The notes beneath the pieces were generated by a model. The model was not told where the DNA came from, ran no database searches, and worked only from the letters and a program-made list of their open reading frames with translations. A program made the translations under genes and the position numbers. Positions 39,298 to 52,185 of a stretch of 64,000 nucleotides of DNA are shown in pieces; position 1 is the stretch's first letter, and each line of letters starts with the position of its first letter. This stretch comes from Mobula hypostoma (Eukaryota). The stretch spans positions 205,780,001-205,844,000 of the forward strand of contig NC_086097.1 of assembly GCF_963921235.1 (NCBI RefSeq), written 5' to 3'.

Positions 39298-40792
39298 TAT
39301 CCAAAACCTCAGGTTCACTGTTCTATGATACATTTGGGTTCAGCACTTCTTTTTTCTTGAATTGACTCTCAAAAATTGCTTAACTCTTAGAACTTTCAGT
39401 TTTCCTGCAAATTTAGCTATTACAAATCCTATTTTTGGCAATGGTTCATTGATGTTGCCTCCCATGATATAGTGATTAAACATGGTGAAACATGGCACAT
39501 GTCCTTTCAAGTCTGACTTAAAGAGAAAACGTCAGTGGTTTATTATTGAAGCTAGCCAGCACCATTACGGCAAGTGAACCATACTGTGTGCCTTTGCACC
39601 ATGTAAGAGGAGAAGAAATTCAATTGATTAATTATGTGATCCATCATCTGAGCAGCAGGAAAGTAATCTGGAAACAGAATATTATTTAGAACACAGAACA
39701 TAGAAATCTACAGCACATTACAGGTCCTTTATTCTTATACTCTATTCCTGGTCGGTGCAACTGTAACAAAACCCACTTTCCCTCAGGATCAATAAAGTAT
39801 GACTATGACTACGACTTTGGCCCACAATGTTGTGCTGACCATGTAACCTACAAATAATTTGTGGTTTATAATACTCCCATTTTACTAGCTCCATTTGGTA
39901 CAAGGAAATTATTTAACAATAAATGATTAATTTTGTTAATATTTAAAAGTCATTATCAAACAATATTATTAATTAACATGGTGATCTCAAAAGCCTGTGG
40001 AATGTCTATGTGATGATCAATAAACTTTCCTGAACTCATTTAAAAAACTCAATCCCATCCAGTCCTTTTATAATATAGGAGTCCCTGTCAAGATGTGGAA
40101 AGTGGAAAATCACTTGCTATCACAAACTTATGTTTCTTGCAACAGTCTATGATCTCTCTAAAATTTTACTCCTCTAACTCATCCTGTTGGTTGGGTTGTC
40201 TATTATATAATCCCATTGATTTTGTCATCCCTTTCGTATACCTCAGTTCTACGCATTTAGCCTCAGTAGATTAACTCCCCAGTCTGTGCTGTCTGAGTAC
40301 TGTTTTAAGATTCTCCCTGACTTGTAACGCCTTTAATCCCTCCCACTTTATCAAATCTAAAACAACGGAACTCTGGAACATTGAGCTGCCAATCCAGTCC
40401 CTCCTACATCAAAGTCTCAGTAATGGCTACAGTCATAATTCCACATGCTGATCCATGCCTTAAGCTCATCTGCCTTTCCTACAATACTCCTTGGATTGAA
40501 GTGTACACAACTCAGAACATTAGTCCCACCATGACAAATCTTTTGATTCCTAACTATGTATGTTGGTTTAACAAAATCTTTCTCCACAACCACTCCACTA
40601 TCTCTCCGGTGCACTGGATCTTAATCCACACCTCCACATAAATCTAGTTCAACCCTTCCTACCCCACCACCCCCAGCCTCCATGTAGCACTAGTAATCAG
40701 TCCCACAAGGATATTAGTCCCCCTCCAATTCAGTTGCGAACTGTCCTATCTTCCCATCTGCACAGGTCCTACCTTCCCTGGAGAAGAGCCCA

Positions 40793-43700
40793 GTCTATCT
40801 GTCTGTTTAGGTACCATATCCGATGCGGACTTTGGTGACCAGGGTTTTCCATATCCTTCGTTTTTTGGATGACTTCCACCCTCGATGTGTAGCCACCTGG
40901 CTAGGCTTTTGATGTACATAAGCCAAGGTCTTCCTCTAGGCTTGCTCCTCTCAATCTTTCCAGAGAGTATGAGTTTTTCTAGTTCATCTTTCCGCATGAT
41001 GTGTCCTAGGAATCTGAGTTGTCTTTCTCTTATTGCTGGTACGAGTGATCGAACTGCTTGGGCTCTTCTGAGAACTTCTTCATTTGATGTGTGTGTGGTC
41101 CATGATATTTTTAACATTCTCCTGTAGAACCATAATTCAGCTGCCTCTAGTCTCTTTTCCATTGCTGGAGAAATGGTCCAGCATTCACTTCCATAAGTCA
41201 GGATAGAATAAATGTAGCACTGCAGTATTCTGTTTTTAGTGTACATGCTCATCTTTGTCTGTTAATATGGTCTTCATTTTTTGGAAAGCTTCTGTATTTG
41301 ATAACGGTGTCGCATCTGCCATTACTTGTTATAAGGCTGCCAAGATATCTGAATTTGTTGACTTGTTTGATGTTTGTATTTCCGATCTTGATCACAAGTT
41401 GTGGGACGTTTGTCTTTCTGGAGATGACCATGCTTTCTGTCTTCTTGGTGTTGATTGAGAGGCCTCTGCGATTACTTTCTGCTGCCACTATAGTGAGTAG
41501 TTCTTTAAGTTTTGTTTCTGAGTCAGCTATTAGTACAATGTCATCAGCATATCCGATGTTATTTATATTATGGCTTCTCATTGTGAATCCTTTGATGTCT
41601 TTGATACTTCTCAAGATATTTTCACTATACAGGTTGAAGAAGTCTGGCAAAAAGACACAACCTTGCCTGACTCCTCTCATGATATTCACATACTCACTCA
41701 CTTCTCCTTCTATTCTGATTGATGCTGTCTGGTCCCAGTATAAGTTTCTTAAGAAATGTATATCTTTCCCAACTATGTCAAGATTTTGAAGCATTTCCAG
41801 AAGATTTTGCTGTCTGACAGTGTCAAAAGCTTTTGTATAGTCGATGAAACATAGGTAGATGTCTTTTTGTACCTGGATGGCTCGTTCATGGATCATCCGT
41901 AGCATAAAAATTTCATTTCTAGTTCCAGTGTTTTCCACAAAGCCGCATTGTTCTTTACTGATTTCTGGTTTTATTCAGCATCTTGCTCTCATCATGATTA
42001 CTCTGAGAATAATTTTTGCCACATGGCTCATCAGGCTTATTGTACGATGTAACTCACATTCTGCTGCTCCCTCTTTCTTTAGAAGTGTGATGAACACTGA
42101 TTTACTTAAATCATCAGGTATCTCTCCATAATCATAGATTTCATTTGCTATTTCTGTTATTTTCTCTATTCCAAAATCTTCTATGGCCAGTATCATTACA
42201 ACAGCGATGTTGTCTGGACCAGTTGCTCTGTTATGTTTTGTCTTATTTATGGCTGCTGGAATTTCTGATTTTAGTATGCTAGATCCTTCAGGTTTCTTCT
42301 TTATGTTTGTTTTTTCTCTTCTTTGGTCTTCAAAAAGTTCCTTTATATATTCTGTCCATCTGTTTAGGATTTCCTCTTTGTTCATTTCATTTTTAAAATC
42401 TTTTTTAATAATTATTATTAAAGATCAACAAAATATATCTTAAGGTAATCAAGTCAATATGTCAATATGTACAATGAAGAATTAAATTAGCAAATAACTG
42501 ATTAACAAAGCTAAGCAATATATCAATAATAAGAAGAAAAAATAAAGTGTTAAGAATATTTTTTGAAAGAAAAAAAGAAAGAAAAAAAAGAACCCCTACT
42601 AACTAAGAAAAAAAACCCCTACTAACTAAAAATAAGCACAAACAAAACATTGGGAGCACAACCCCAGAGCCATACATCATACCAACTTCTATAAAAGAAA
42701 AACATCAATCTGCCAACTCAAATCCATTTAAACAAAAATCGGAAGGAAACCATATTAATTAACTCAAATCAGATGATAGTAGGATTTCCTCTTTGTTCAT
42801 AGTTAAGCTGCCGACTTTTGCTTGATGCATCCACTTGCTGAGCAAGGTAATTTCCCCGTTAGTTCTTTAATCTTCCTGTGTTCCAGGGTTATGGGTTTGT
42901 AGCATTTCTATCTCTGAGCATTTCTCATTTAGCCATCTGTCTTTAGATTCTCTGAATTTTCTTTTTATTGTCTTATCAAGTTGTTTGTATTCTTTGTTGT
43001 CTCTTGGTCTGATGGTCTGTTTTTGTTGCATCAATTTTATTATATCTTCAGTCATCCATTTCTTCTTACTTTTCCGTTCTTTTCGTGGGATGGTTTCTTT
43101 TGCAGCTACAACGATGGATTCCTTCAGTATCTCCCAGGAAGATTTACCTCCTTCATCCTGCAGCAATTGAAAATAGTTTTTCACCTTGATTGTGTATTCT
43201 GTTTTCAGATGAGGGTTGTTTTGTAGTTGATAATCCAGTGGTTCTGATCTTTTTGGTTTCTTTAATTTTCTCACCTTTATTTTCACTTTGCAAATGACTG
43301 GTATATGGTCACTTCCACAGTCTGCTCCAGGGTAGCTTTTAGATTGAGTAATCGAGTTTTTGAATCTGTTATTGATTGTTATGTAGTCGATCTGATTTTT
43401 GTTGTTCCTATCTGGGCTTCTCTGTGTCCATTTCCTTCTTGAATGTTGTTTAAACCAAGTGTTGGTGATTATCTGATTGTTTTACACCATAATATAAGCT
43501 TTTCTCCTCTTTCATTTCTTTTTCCCAATCCCTGGTCTTCAACAATATGGTCTTCTCTTCCCTCACTAACTTTTGCATTGAAGTCGCCCATGACTATGAT
43601 GGCTTCTTGTGATTTGCATTCTCTAGTGCTTTGCCTAGGGAGTGGCAGAGGCATCAATTTCTTCCTCTGAGCTTTCCATTGTGGGTGCATATACTTGAAT

Positions 43701-44491
43701 GATAGAGATGTTGTTTTGTTGTCCTTTTAGTTTGATTAGCATCATTCCGTCTGAGATAGGCCAGTATCCGAGCAGGCTCTTGGATGTTTCTTTGTCTAAG
43801 ATGGTTGCAACACCCTTTTCATGTTTATCTCCACCAGAGTATATCATCCTGTAGTCGTCTGATTGGAATACTCCAGTGCCTTTCCATCTTATTTCACTTA
43901 GGCCTAGGATGCTGACTTCTAGCCTCTTCATTTGTAATTTTATGTTTTCTAGCTTACCAGCTTGGTGCAAAGTTCGAACATTCCAAGTAGCAATTCGCAG
44001 TCTCTTGTTCTTGCAGACAGTAGTGGTATGACGATCCGGGCTCACCTGTATGTTTACATGATATCCCGTACTGAGCGAGGAGTCTGCACTATTTGGAAGT
44101 GGGCTCCCATTTACACTGTTGTCTTTTACATTTGTGTATATATTAACCATGGTTGTACTAGGGATAAAATACAAGAGGTAGCTTCCCCTCGCTTGCTTCC
44201 GATGCAGTGTCTTTACAAGACGGGTGACTTGACCCTGACCATTTTCCTATTAAAAGGATTTACTGCACAGCGTCTGAGAAGCAGGAACCATTGATTGTGT
44301 TACTCACAACTTGTCTTCTGTTTCATCCACCACCTGCATTCCGTGGCTTCACTGTAACTGTAGGCAGGGAGGCTAACAGCTGCTACACCTTGCCTAAGGG
44401 TGACCTGGAGGTAGCTGTGGTTAATGGTAACCTCATTACCCAATGCAAATGTTCCACAGCCAGATGTAGTTTATCCTCATACCCAGAGATA
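40793..44491 (-). mobile_element. Near full-length RTE-clade LINE (BovB-like), inactivated
   Basis: APE LRIATWNVRTL, GLSEIRW, VMGDFNAK; RT FIDYTKAFD, GVRQGC, YADD, FRYLGS; (CAGA)n-like tail; 11-bp TSD AGAAGAGCCCA. Confidence 0.96.
42386..42779 (-). mobile_element. 5'-truncated retroposon tail (L1-like) inserted in the RTE
   Basis: Perfect 21-bp TSD TAGGATTTCCTCTTTGTTCAT (42365-42385, 42780-42800); T-rich body and A-rich 3' end on the minus strand. Confidence 0.8.
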
Positions 44492-45689
44492 AGAAGAGCC
44501 CAATGATCCAAAAATCTAAAGCCCTTCCTCTTGTACCATCTCCTTAGCCATAGTTAAACTGTACGGCTTCACTTGCATGTGGCACTGGTAGCCAACCTGA
44601 GATCACAACCCTGAAGGTCCTGTTCTTTAACACTAGCACCTAACTACTTGAACTCCCTTTGCAGGACCTTGTCACACTTCCTACCCATTTCATTTGTACT
44701 GTCATGGACCACGACCTCTGGCCAATGTCCCTGACCTTGGCACCTGGGAGGTAATATACCATCTGGGAATCTCATTCTCATCCACAGAACCTTTTGTCTG
44801 TTCCCCGAACCAATGAATCCCCTACCATTACAGCTCAACTCTTCTCCCCCCGACAACCCTTCCCTTCTGAGCCACAGGGCTGGATACCTGACTGCTGTGG
44901 CTTTCTTCTGCCAGGTTATTTAGGTCATTCCCACCCACACCAACAGTACCCAAAGGAGTATACCTGTTATTGAGGGGAACAGCCACAGGGGTACTCTCAC
45001 TGACTGCCTATCCCTTTTTCCCCTCCTGACTGTCACCCATTTACCATTGTCCTGCACCTTGAGTGTAACTACCTTCCAGTTGATCCAACTCCAGCTCCTG
45101 CTCCAATTCCATAACAATGTCTGAAAGAAGCTTCAGCTGGATGATCTTCTTGTAGACGTTATCGTCGAGGACACTAGAGGTCTCCCTGCCTTCCCACATC
45201 TCTAAAGAGGAACATTTCACTATCTTGTCTGGCATCCCTATTGCTCTGACAGTGCAGATGGAAAAAATAAATAAATAAATGTTAAACAAAAATATCTGCT
45301 TATAACCCGTACTTCTCCTTGCCAAACCCTTTATGAGCTAAAGTCTGAACTCCCTACTCTAACACTGGCCCACTCACACAAGTGGCCACTCCACTTAAAA
45401 TTAACTTATTTCTATTGACCTTAGCTAAGACCCTAATTATACATAATTCAAGGTCTCCAGGTGAATTGTGATATGCAGAATGTCCCAACTGCACATCTTC
45501 ACTTCTTTTGAACTCTCTCTCACACTACGCAATCCAATGTCTCCACAGCAACTATGGCATGGGGAAGGTCCCACTGCCCTACTCACTTCCTTTGAACTCT
45601 CTCTTCCACAACACAATCTAATGATCCAATGTCTCCAAGGAAAATGTGGTACACAGAATTCTATTGGAATTGGATTTAGGAAGCCCGTA

Positions 45690-47200
45690 CTTCCTGGGTG
45701 GGGTTGAAAAGACAGAAAATGTGGTACAAATTACAACAGGAAATAGAGAAGGCATATAAAATGAGGAAAGATTTTCAATTATCATGGAGGATTTCAACAT
45801 GCAGGCAGATTAGGCAAAATAGGTTGATGCTGGATCCCAAGCCAAGGAATTTGTTAAATGCCTATGAAATGACTTATTAGAAAAGTTTGTGGTCAAGCCT
45901 ACTTGGGAAAAGTCAATTCTGAATTCAGTGTTCTACAATTAACTAGATTTGATTAGAGAGCATAAGCTAAAAGCACCCTTAGGAGGCAGTAATCATAACA
46001 TGATAAAATACATTCTACAGGTTCAGAGGGAGAAGCTGAAGTTGGATATATCGGTGTTACAAGTTACAATAGCTTGAACAAGTTAGGTCTTTATCCTTTG
46101 GAGCATAGAAGGTTGAGGGGGGACTTAATAGAAGTGTTTAAAATTATGAGGGGGATTGATAGAGTTGACGTGGATTGGCTTTCTCCATTGAGAATGGAGG
46201 AGATTCAAACAAGAGGACATGAGTTGAGAGTTAAAGGGCAAAAGTTTAGGGGTAACATGAGGGGGAACTTCTTTACTCAGAGAGTGGTAGCTGTGTGGAA
46301 CGAGCTTCCAGCTGAAGTGGTTGAGGCAGGTTCGATGTTGTAGTTCAAAGTTAAATTGGACAGATATATGGACAGGAAAGGAATGGAGGGTTATGGGCTG
46401 AGTGCAGGTCAGTGGGACTAGGTGAGAGTAAGAGTTTGGCATGGACTAGAAGGGCCAAGATGGCCTATTTCCGTGCTGTAATTGTTATATGGTTATATGG
46501 TTACATGGTTACACTTGAGTAAGGGTAACTATAGAGGAATGAGCGAGGAGCTGGTCAAAATTAATTGGAAGGGAACTAAGGAAGCCTTTTTTGGTTGGCT
46601 GCCAGTGATGAGTGTGTCCTGCAGGGATCAGTGTTTCCACATAGAGTGTTAATAACAATCTGGATAACCGAATTGATGGATATGTGGCCATGTTTGTGAA
46701 CAATACAAAGGTAGGTGGAGGGGCAGGTATTGATGAGGAAGCAAGGAGTCTGCAGAAGGATTTAAACAGATTAGGAGATGGGCAAAGGAGTGGTAAATGG
46801 AATACAGAGTAGGAAGTATAAGACCATGCACTTTGGTAGAAGGAATAAATGTCTAGACTATTTTCTAAATGGAGAGAAAATTCAAAAACTAGAGGTACAA
46901 AGGGATTTGGGAGTCCTCGGGCAAGATCCCCTAAAAGTTAATTTGTAGGATGAATTAGTAGTAAGGATGGTAAATGTAATGGTAGAATTCATTTTGAGAA
47001 GACTAGAATGTAATAGCAAGAATGTAATGCTGAGGCTTTATAAGGTCATGGTCAGTGCGTATTTGGAAGATTCTGAGCAATTTTCAGCGCCATATCTAAA
47101 AAATGACGCCCTTTAGAACAAAGATGAGGAATCTCTTTAACTAGAGGATGGTGAATCTGTAAAACTCATTGCCACAGATGGCTGTGAAGGCCAAGGACTA
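45690..47200 (+). mobile_element. Old CR1 ORF2 fragments containing a younger CR1 insertion
   Basis: IIMEDFN, LGGSNHN and decayed RT motifs; reading continues across 46056-46513. Confidence 0.8.
46074..46513 (+). mobile_element. Younger CR1 3' fragment, same subfamily as 5440-7836
   Basis: Closely similar to 7424-7836; (GGTTAYAT)n tail; GTTACA on both sides. Confidence 0.93.
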
Positions 47201-47299
47201 GACTCTCCCAAGATAGGAAACACCCTCTCGAAGTCCACTTTATCTAAGCCTTTCAATATGCAGTAGGTTTCAAGGAGATACCCCTGTCGTTGTACAAGT

Positions 47300-47945
47300 A
47301 AATCAAAGTGACATCAATAGCTAAGGTGGTGAAAAGGGAATGAGATGCTTGTCTCTGTTTGTCATGGCATACAAGATTTGGGACATTATGTTACATTTAC
47401 TTAAAAAGTTGTCCAGACTGCATTTGAAGTCCTTTGTGTAGTTCTAGTTGAACCACTTTAGGAAGTATGTCAAACTAGAGAACGCGCTAAAAAGACTCAC
47501 AGGGACGTTGCTAGGATTGGAGGCCTTTGGGGAGGTTGGATAGGTTAGGACCTTTTTCTCTGGAGTGAAGGTCTCAACTAAGAGTTGAGATGTTTATATA
47601 TTTATGAGGGACGTTGATAGATAGGATCTCTTTCCAGGATAGGCAAGTTTAAAACTAGAGGGGATAGATGTTAGGTGAGAGGGGAAAGTTTAAGTTTGAT
47701 CTGATGGGCATGCTTTTCCACACTGAGGGCGGTAAGTACAAGGGAGGAGCTTGCACTGGATGTGCCAGAGGCAGCTACAATTGCAGTGTTCAAAAAATGT
47801 TAGGACAGGTTCATGGATCATTGAAGTTCAGAGAGGTATGGGCCAAATACAAAGAAATGAATTAACTTAGATTGGCATCTTGATTGGCAATGGACAAATC
47901 ACACTGAAAGGTCTGTTTCCATGTTGTAAAACTATGAATCTATGA
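47300..47945 (+). mobile_element. Degenerate CR1 3' fragment
   Basis: Decayed VQRRFT, LFSLE and TRG motifs; CTATGAATCTATGA tail. Confidence 0.7.
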
Positions 47946-48580
47946 AGGGATTGATCTCTGAGAAGGATGAACTGTATTAGGCCACATAGGCTTCTTGATC
48001 TAAACATATCTGTGGAATACTAGATTTAGTTTCCTTGAGGAAAGATTCAGACTGACATTCATAAATAGGCCACATATTTCTGGTGGGAAGTTAATGAAGT
48101 GAAAGGCACACCTGCCCGATTGTTTATACATGGTGTCTCTAAACTTAAACTCCGTTTTATATAGAATCAACATCCCTAAAGCAGAAGCAGATGGAAGGAT
48201 AAAAATAACTATATTATTAAGGAATGCTGAAAGCAATTAGGATTCTTTTTTGTTGACTCAAAAGTATTGACCTTAATTAGATCAACAAAAAAAACTCCTT
48301 TTATTTTTTTTTATTTCCAACAGGTGATATTCCATTTGTCATGAAACACAAGTAGCTCAGCTGGCTAAACCTCGATGTTAATGCAATAGTATGAAATGCA
48401 GACTGAAATCCTAGATGCCATATGGCAGAAACATGCTTAACAATTATAGGTGCCATTGATGTGCAGGAATGATGGGTAATTAGGCAGAACCTCTGCTGCC
48501 CTTCATTGGCAATGAGGAGATTATCAGAAAAGCAGGTGTTTCATTAGCTTTTATTTTCTAGATTAGAAAGGAATATGTGA

Positions 48581-49092
48581 ACAACACACATAAAATGCTG
48601 GAGGAACTCAACAGGCCAGGCAGCACCTATGGAGAAAAGTACAGTTGACGTTTTGGGCAGAAACCCTTCAGCAGAACTGGAGAAAAAAAAAGGTGAGGAG
48701 TAGATTTAAAAGGTAGGGGGAGAGGAGAGAGAACCACCAAGTGATAGGTGAAACCTGGAGGTGGAGGGATGAAGTAAAGAGCTGGGAATTTGTTTGGTGA
48801 GATGAGGTGAGAAAGGGAAAAGGGGATGGGAAATGGAGAAGGGGGGAGGTGTCGAGGGGCATTACTGGAAGCTTGAGAATTTGATGTTCATGCCATCAGG
48901 TTGGAAGCTACCCAAATGAAATACAAGGTGTTGTTCCTCCAACCTAAGTGTGGCCTTGGCACAACAGTGGAGGAGGCCATGGATGGACATAACGGAATGG
49001 GAATGGGAAGTGGAATTAAAATGGGTGGCGACTGGGAGATCTCATTTGTTCTGGTGGATGGAGCATAGATGCTCGGCGAAGCAGTCTCCTCT
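48581..49092 (-). mobile_element. Penelope-like 3' fragment
   Basis: Terminus ACAACACACATAAAATGCTGGAGGAACTC; GIY-YIG C-terminal remnant (HFNSTSHSHS, RLEEQHL, LQPDGMN). Confidence 0.9.
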
Positions 49093-50289
49093 ATGTGAAG
49101 TTTATTATAATCAGTCAATGTTAAACTGTCAAAAGTACATTCACCAGTTCAAATATTTTATTTATAAAGATGTACTGGAAGGTGCAAAGGGTTAAAATAA
49201 AGGGACCCAGGGAGGTTACTCTGGTATTGATATCCTCAACTGAACATGCTGATCTTAATGGCACAACTTATTGTTACCTTCATAGAGCTTTGTGCCATAA
49301 AGATAGAAGAAAAGATTATGTTTTAGATGACATGCAAGTGTACCTACATGTTGATGGTTTTTCAGAAGGCTTACTTTTTGACAGCTTAGAAATTTGACTA
49401 AGATACATTTGCAAAACATTGTGTATTTTGCAGTATTAAGCAGCCAGAAATTGATACTTTCAGAGTGAAACATAAAAACAACTTCTTGTGGCATTTAGTA
49501 TCACACTAGAAATTCAACGTGACACTTCCTGGTGTCATTCCCCCTGTGCCTATGCTATGATGTCAGCAATGGAATTGGAATTGGATTTGATTTATTATCA
49601 TCACGGACAGTGAGATGGAGAGCATTGAGGTATAACATGGTAAAACCATAACAATGCAGAATAAAGTGTAACAGCCTCAGAGAAGGAGCTGTGCAGGTAA
49701 ACAAGTAGTATAGAATCATGACAAGCTAGATTGTGAGGTCAAAAGTCCATCTTATTTTACTAGCTAACTATTTAATGTTCTTATAACAGTGGATTAGAAG
49801 CTTGAGCATGATGATATGTGATTTCAGACTTTTTCCCCCCAGTGGAAGAGGGGAGAGGAAGTTTCCTGGGGTGAGTGTGGTCTTTGATCACATTGATTTC
49901 TTTACTGAGGCAGAGAGAAGTATATACAGTCATTTGTTATGCAGTAGTTCTTTTGAAGTACAGTTCAGAAACTTGGACTATGGATGGCAGTGATTGAGCT
50001 ACGATTATTTAGCACTCCCAACACAACATGATCTTATTAACACAATGCTGAAATAAATGCCAACCAGGTTAGTAAAAGACTTGTCTTTAACCTTGCCCCA
50101 CCACAAAAATGAACTCACCATACCATCATCCCAAATCTACAGCATATCCGCATAATTCCTTCATCTGTCCCTCTCTAATTTCTCAACACCTCTCTCCTCA
50201 ATGTAACACTAGTCCACATCAATCAACCATCACCAAGTGTCGTTTCTGCAATCAGATCTCCACCACATTACCCTCTCAAGATCCTATTC

Positions 50290-51320
50290 ACTACAATGAT
50301 GTGAGTACTACCAGGCGATATTCATTAAGGCAACTCACATTATTCTTCTGAGGCACTGGTATAATTGTTGCCTTTTTGAAGCAAGAGGGAACTTCCACCC
50401 ATAGCAATGAGAAGTTGAAAATATCCTTGAATACTCCCACCAGTTGGTTGGCACAGGTTTTTAGAGCCTTACCAGGTACTCCAGCGAGACCTTCCGCCTT
50501 GCGAGGGTTCACTCTCTTTATGGAGAGCCTAACATCGGCCTCTGAGACAGAGATCACAGGGTCATCAGGTGCAGCAAGGATCTTCACAGCTGTAGTTGTA
50601 CTCTCCCTTTCAAAGTGGGCATAGAAGGCATTGAGTTCATCTAGTAGTGAAACTTTGCTGACATTCATGCTATTGGGTTTCACTTTGTTGAAAGTAATGT
50701 CTTGCAAGCCCTGCTGGAGGTGTCATACTTCCGATGTCACCTCCAACCTCGTTCAAAATTGTCTCTTCACCCTTGACAAAGCCCTCCGCAAATCATACCT
50801 GGTTTTCTGGTACAGGCCTGGGTCGCCAGACTTGAATCCCACAGATCTAGCCTTCAGTAGATGATGTACCTCCTGGTTCATCCACAGCTTTTGGGAATGT
50901 ACAGTAAGTCTTTGTGGGCACACACTCATCCACACAGGTTTCAATGAAGTCGGTAACAACTGCAGCATACTCATCCAGGTTAGAAGATGAATCTTTGAAT
51001 ACAGTTCAGTCCTCTGATTCAAAGCAGTACTGTAGATGCTCCTGTGCTTCCCTTGTCTATACATTCTTGGTCCTCACTACTGGTGCTGCAGTCTTCAGTC
51101 TCTGCCTATACTCATGGAGTAGAAGTACAGCCAGCTGATCAGACTTCCCGAAATGAGAGTGTGGAATGGCACAGTAGGCATTCTTGATGTGGTGTAACAA
51201 TGGTCCTGTGTGTCATTTCCTCTGGTATTGCAAGGATCTTACTTAGTGATTACTTAGTGATTTTTTCAGACTGGCCTCATTAAAATCTCCCAAAATGATG
51301 GTGAAGGCATTAGGGTGTGC
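50290..51320 (-). mobile_element. Rex1/Babar LINE internal fragment
   Basis: DELNAFYAHFE...VNPRKA...LKTCANQLVGVFKDIFN...YRLVVLTS; upstream endonuclease remnants. Confidence 0.9.
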
Positions 51321-51869
51321 TATTATCCAATACTGTACTGCTGATATTCTGCACAATGGAATTACATTTTCCATCACTTATGTAATGACTGTTAAGTGTT
51401 GGGAAAGTAAGCAGTGGCAATGGGATGTCATTTTGTAAAGATTTATTAGTGAAGCAATTAAACAAACCTGCCTGTTATTGAATGCAAACATGAGAAATGT
51501 AAGTTTAAGTTGTCTGATGAAGGCACACTTTATGTTCCAATTGTAAGGAAGGTGTTTGGGGTGGAATTGCAAGGGAAGTGTTCTGAAGTCAACCTACGTT
51601 TGCACAGTTCTAGTTCTAGGTACAGTTCTAAGTACAGGGCATGTATCATCAATGTGGGAGGGAAAATGCACACAAGGACAATTTAAAGGGAATGTGACAA
51701 CGCTGAGGATATTAAGTTGATAAAAAAAAATTCTAAAGCCTTTCTGAACAGTTTGGGGAGTATCTCAATCCACCTCCAACCTTCACCAAATCTCAAGGAG
51801 AGCCCTGAGATGAAACAGAAAAACTAAAGGGTAAAAGCCTGAAAGAGCAATGTCATGTTTAATATAATA

Positions 51870-52185
51870 ATAATAATAGGCATCTGTTCATCTCATGAGA
51901 CCATGGATTTGTGCCTTGGAACGTTTCCAGGGCGCAGGCCTGGGCAAGGTTGTATGGAAGACTGGCAGTTGCCTAAGCAGCAAGTCTCCCCTCTCCATGC
52001 CACCGATGCTGTCCAAGGGAAGGGCATTAGGACCCATACAGATTGGCACCAATGTCGTCACAGAGCAATGTGTGGTTTAGTGCCTTGCTCAAAAACACAA
52101 CACACTGCCTCAGCCAAGGCTCGAACTAGCGACCTTTAGATCACTAGACGAACGCCTTAACCACTTGGCCATGCACCAACACGTA
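51870..52185 (-). mobile_element. Full-length tRNA-derived SINE with a CORE-like block
   Basis: A box TGGCCAAGTGG, B box GTTCGAGCC, TTGAGCAAGGCACT block, (TAT)n tail, 12-bp TSD TTTAATATAATA (51858-51869, 52186-52197). Confidence 0.88.

Larger units (their letters stand above)
40185..45330 (-). mobile_element. CR1 5' part (ORF1 plus start of ORF2), split by an RTE insertion
   Basis: ORF1-like MWEGRETSSVLDD...LEQELE and WVTVRRGK; ORF2 start FNPRSIVGKADEL; sequence is continuous across the TSD at 40782-40792 / 44492-44502. Confidence 0.85.

Noticed and set aside
41298..41789. Plus-strand 163-aa ORF (and other antisense ORFs such as 7764..8198 and 58856..59263)
   Set aside because: Shadow ORFs opposite transposon coding sequence.
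52110..52182. tRNA gene
   Set aside because: It is the tRNA-derived head of a SINE with body, tail and TSD.
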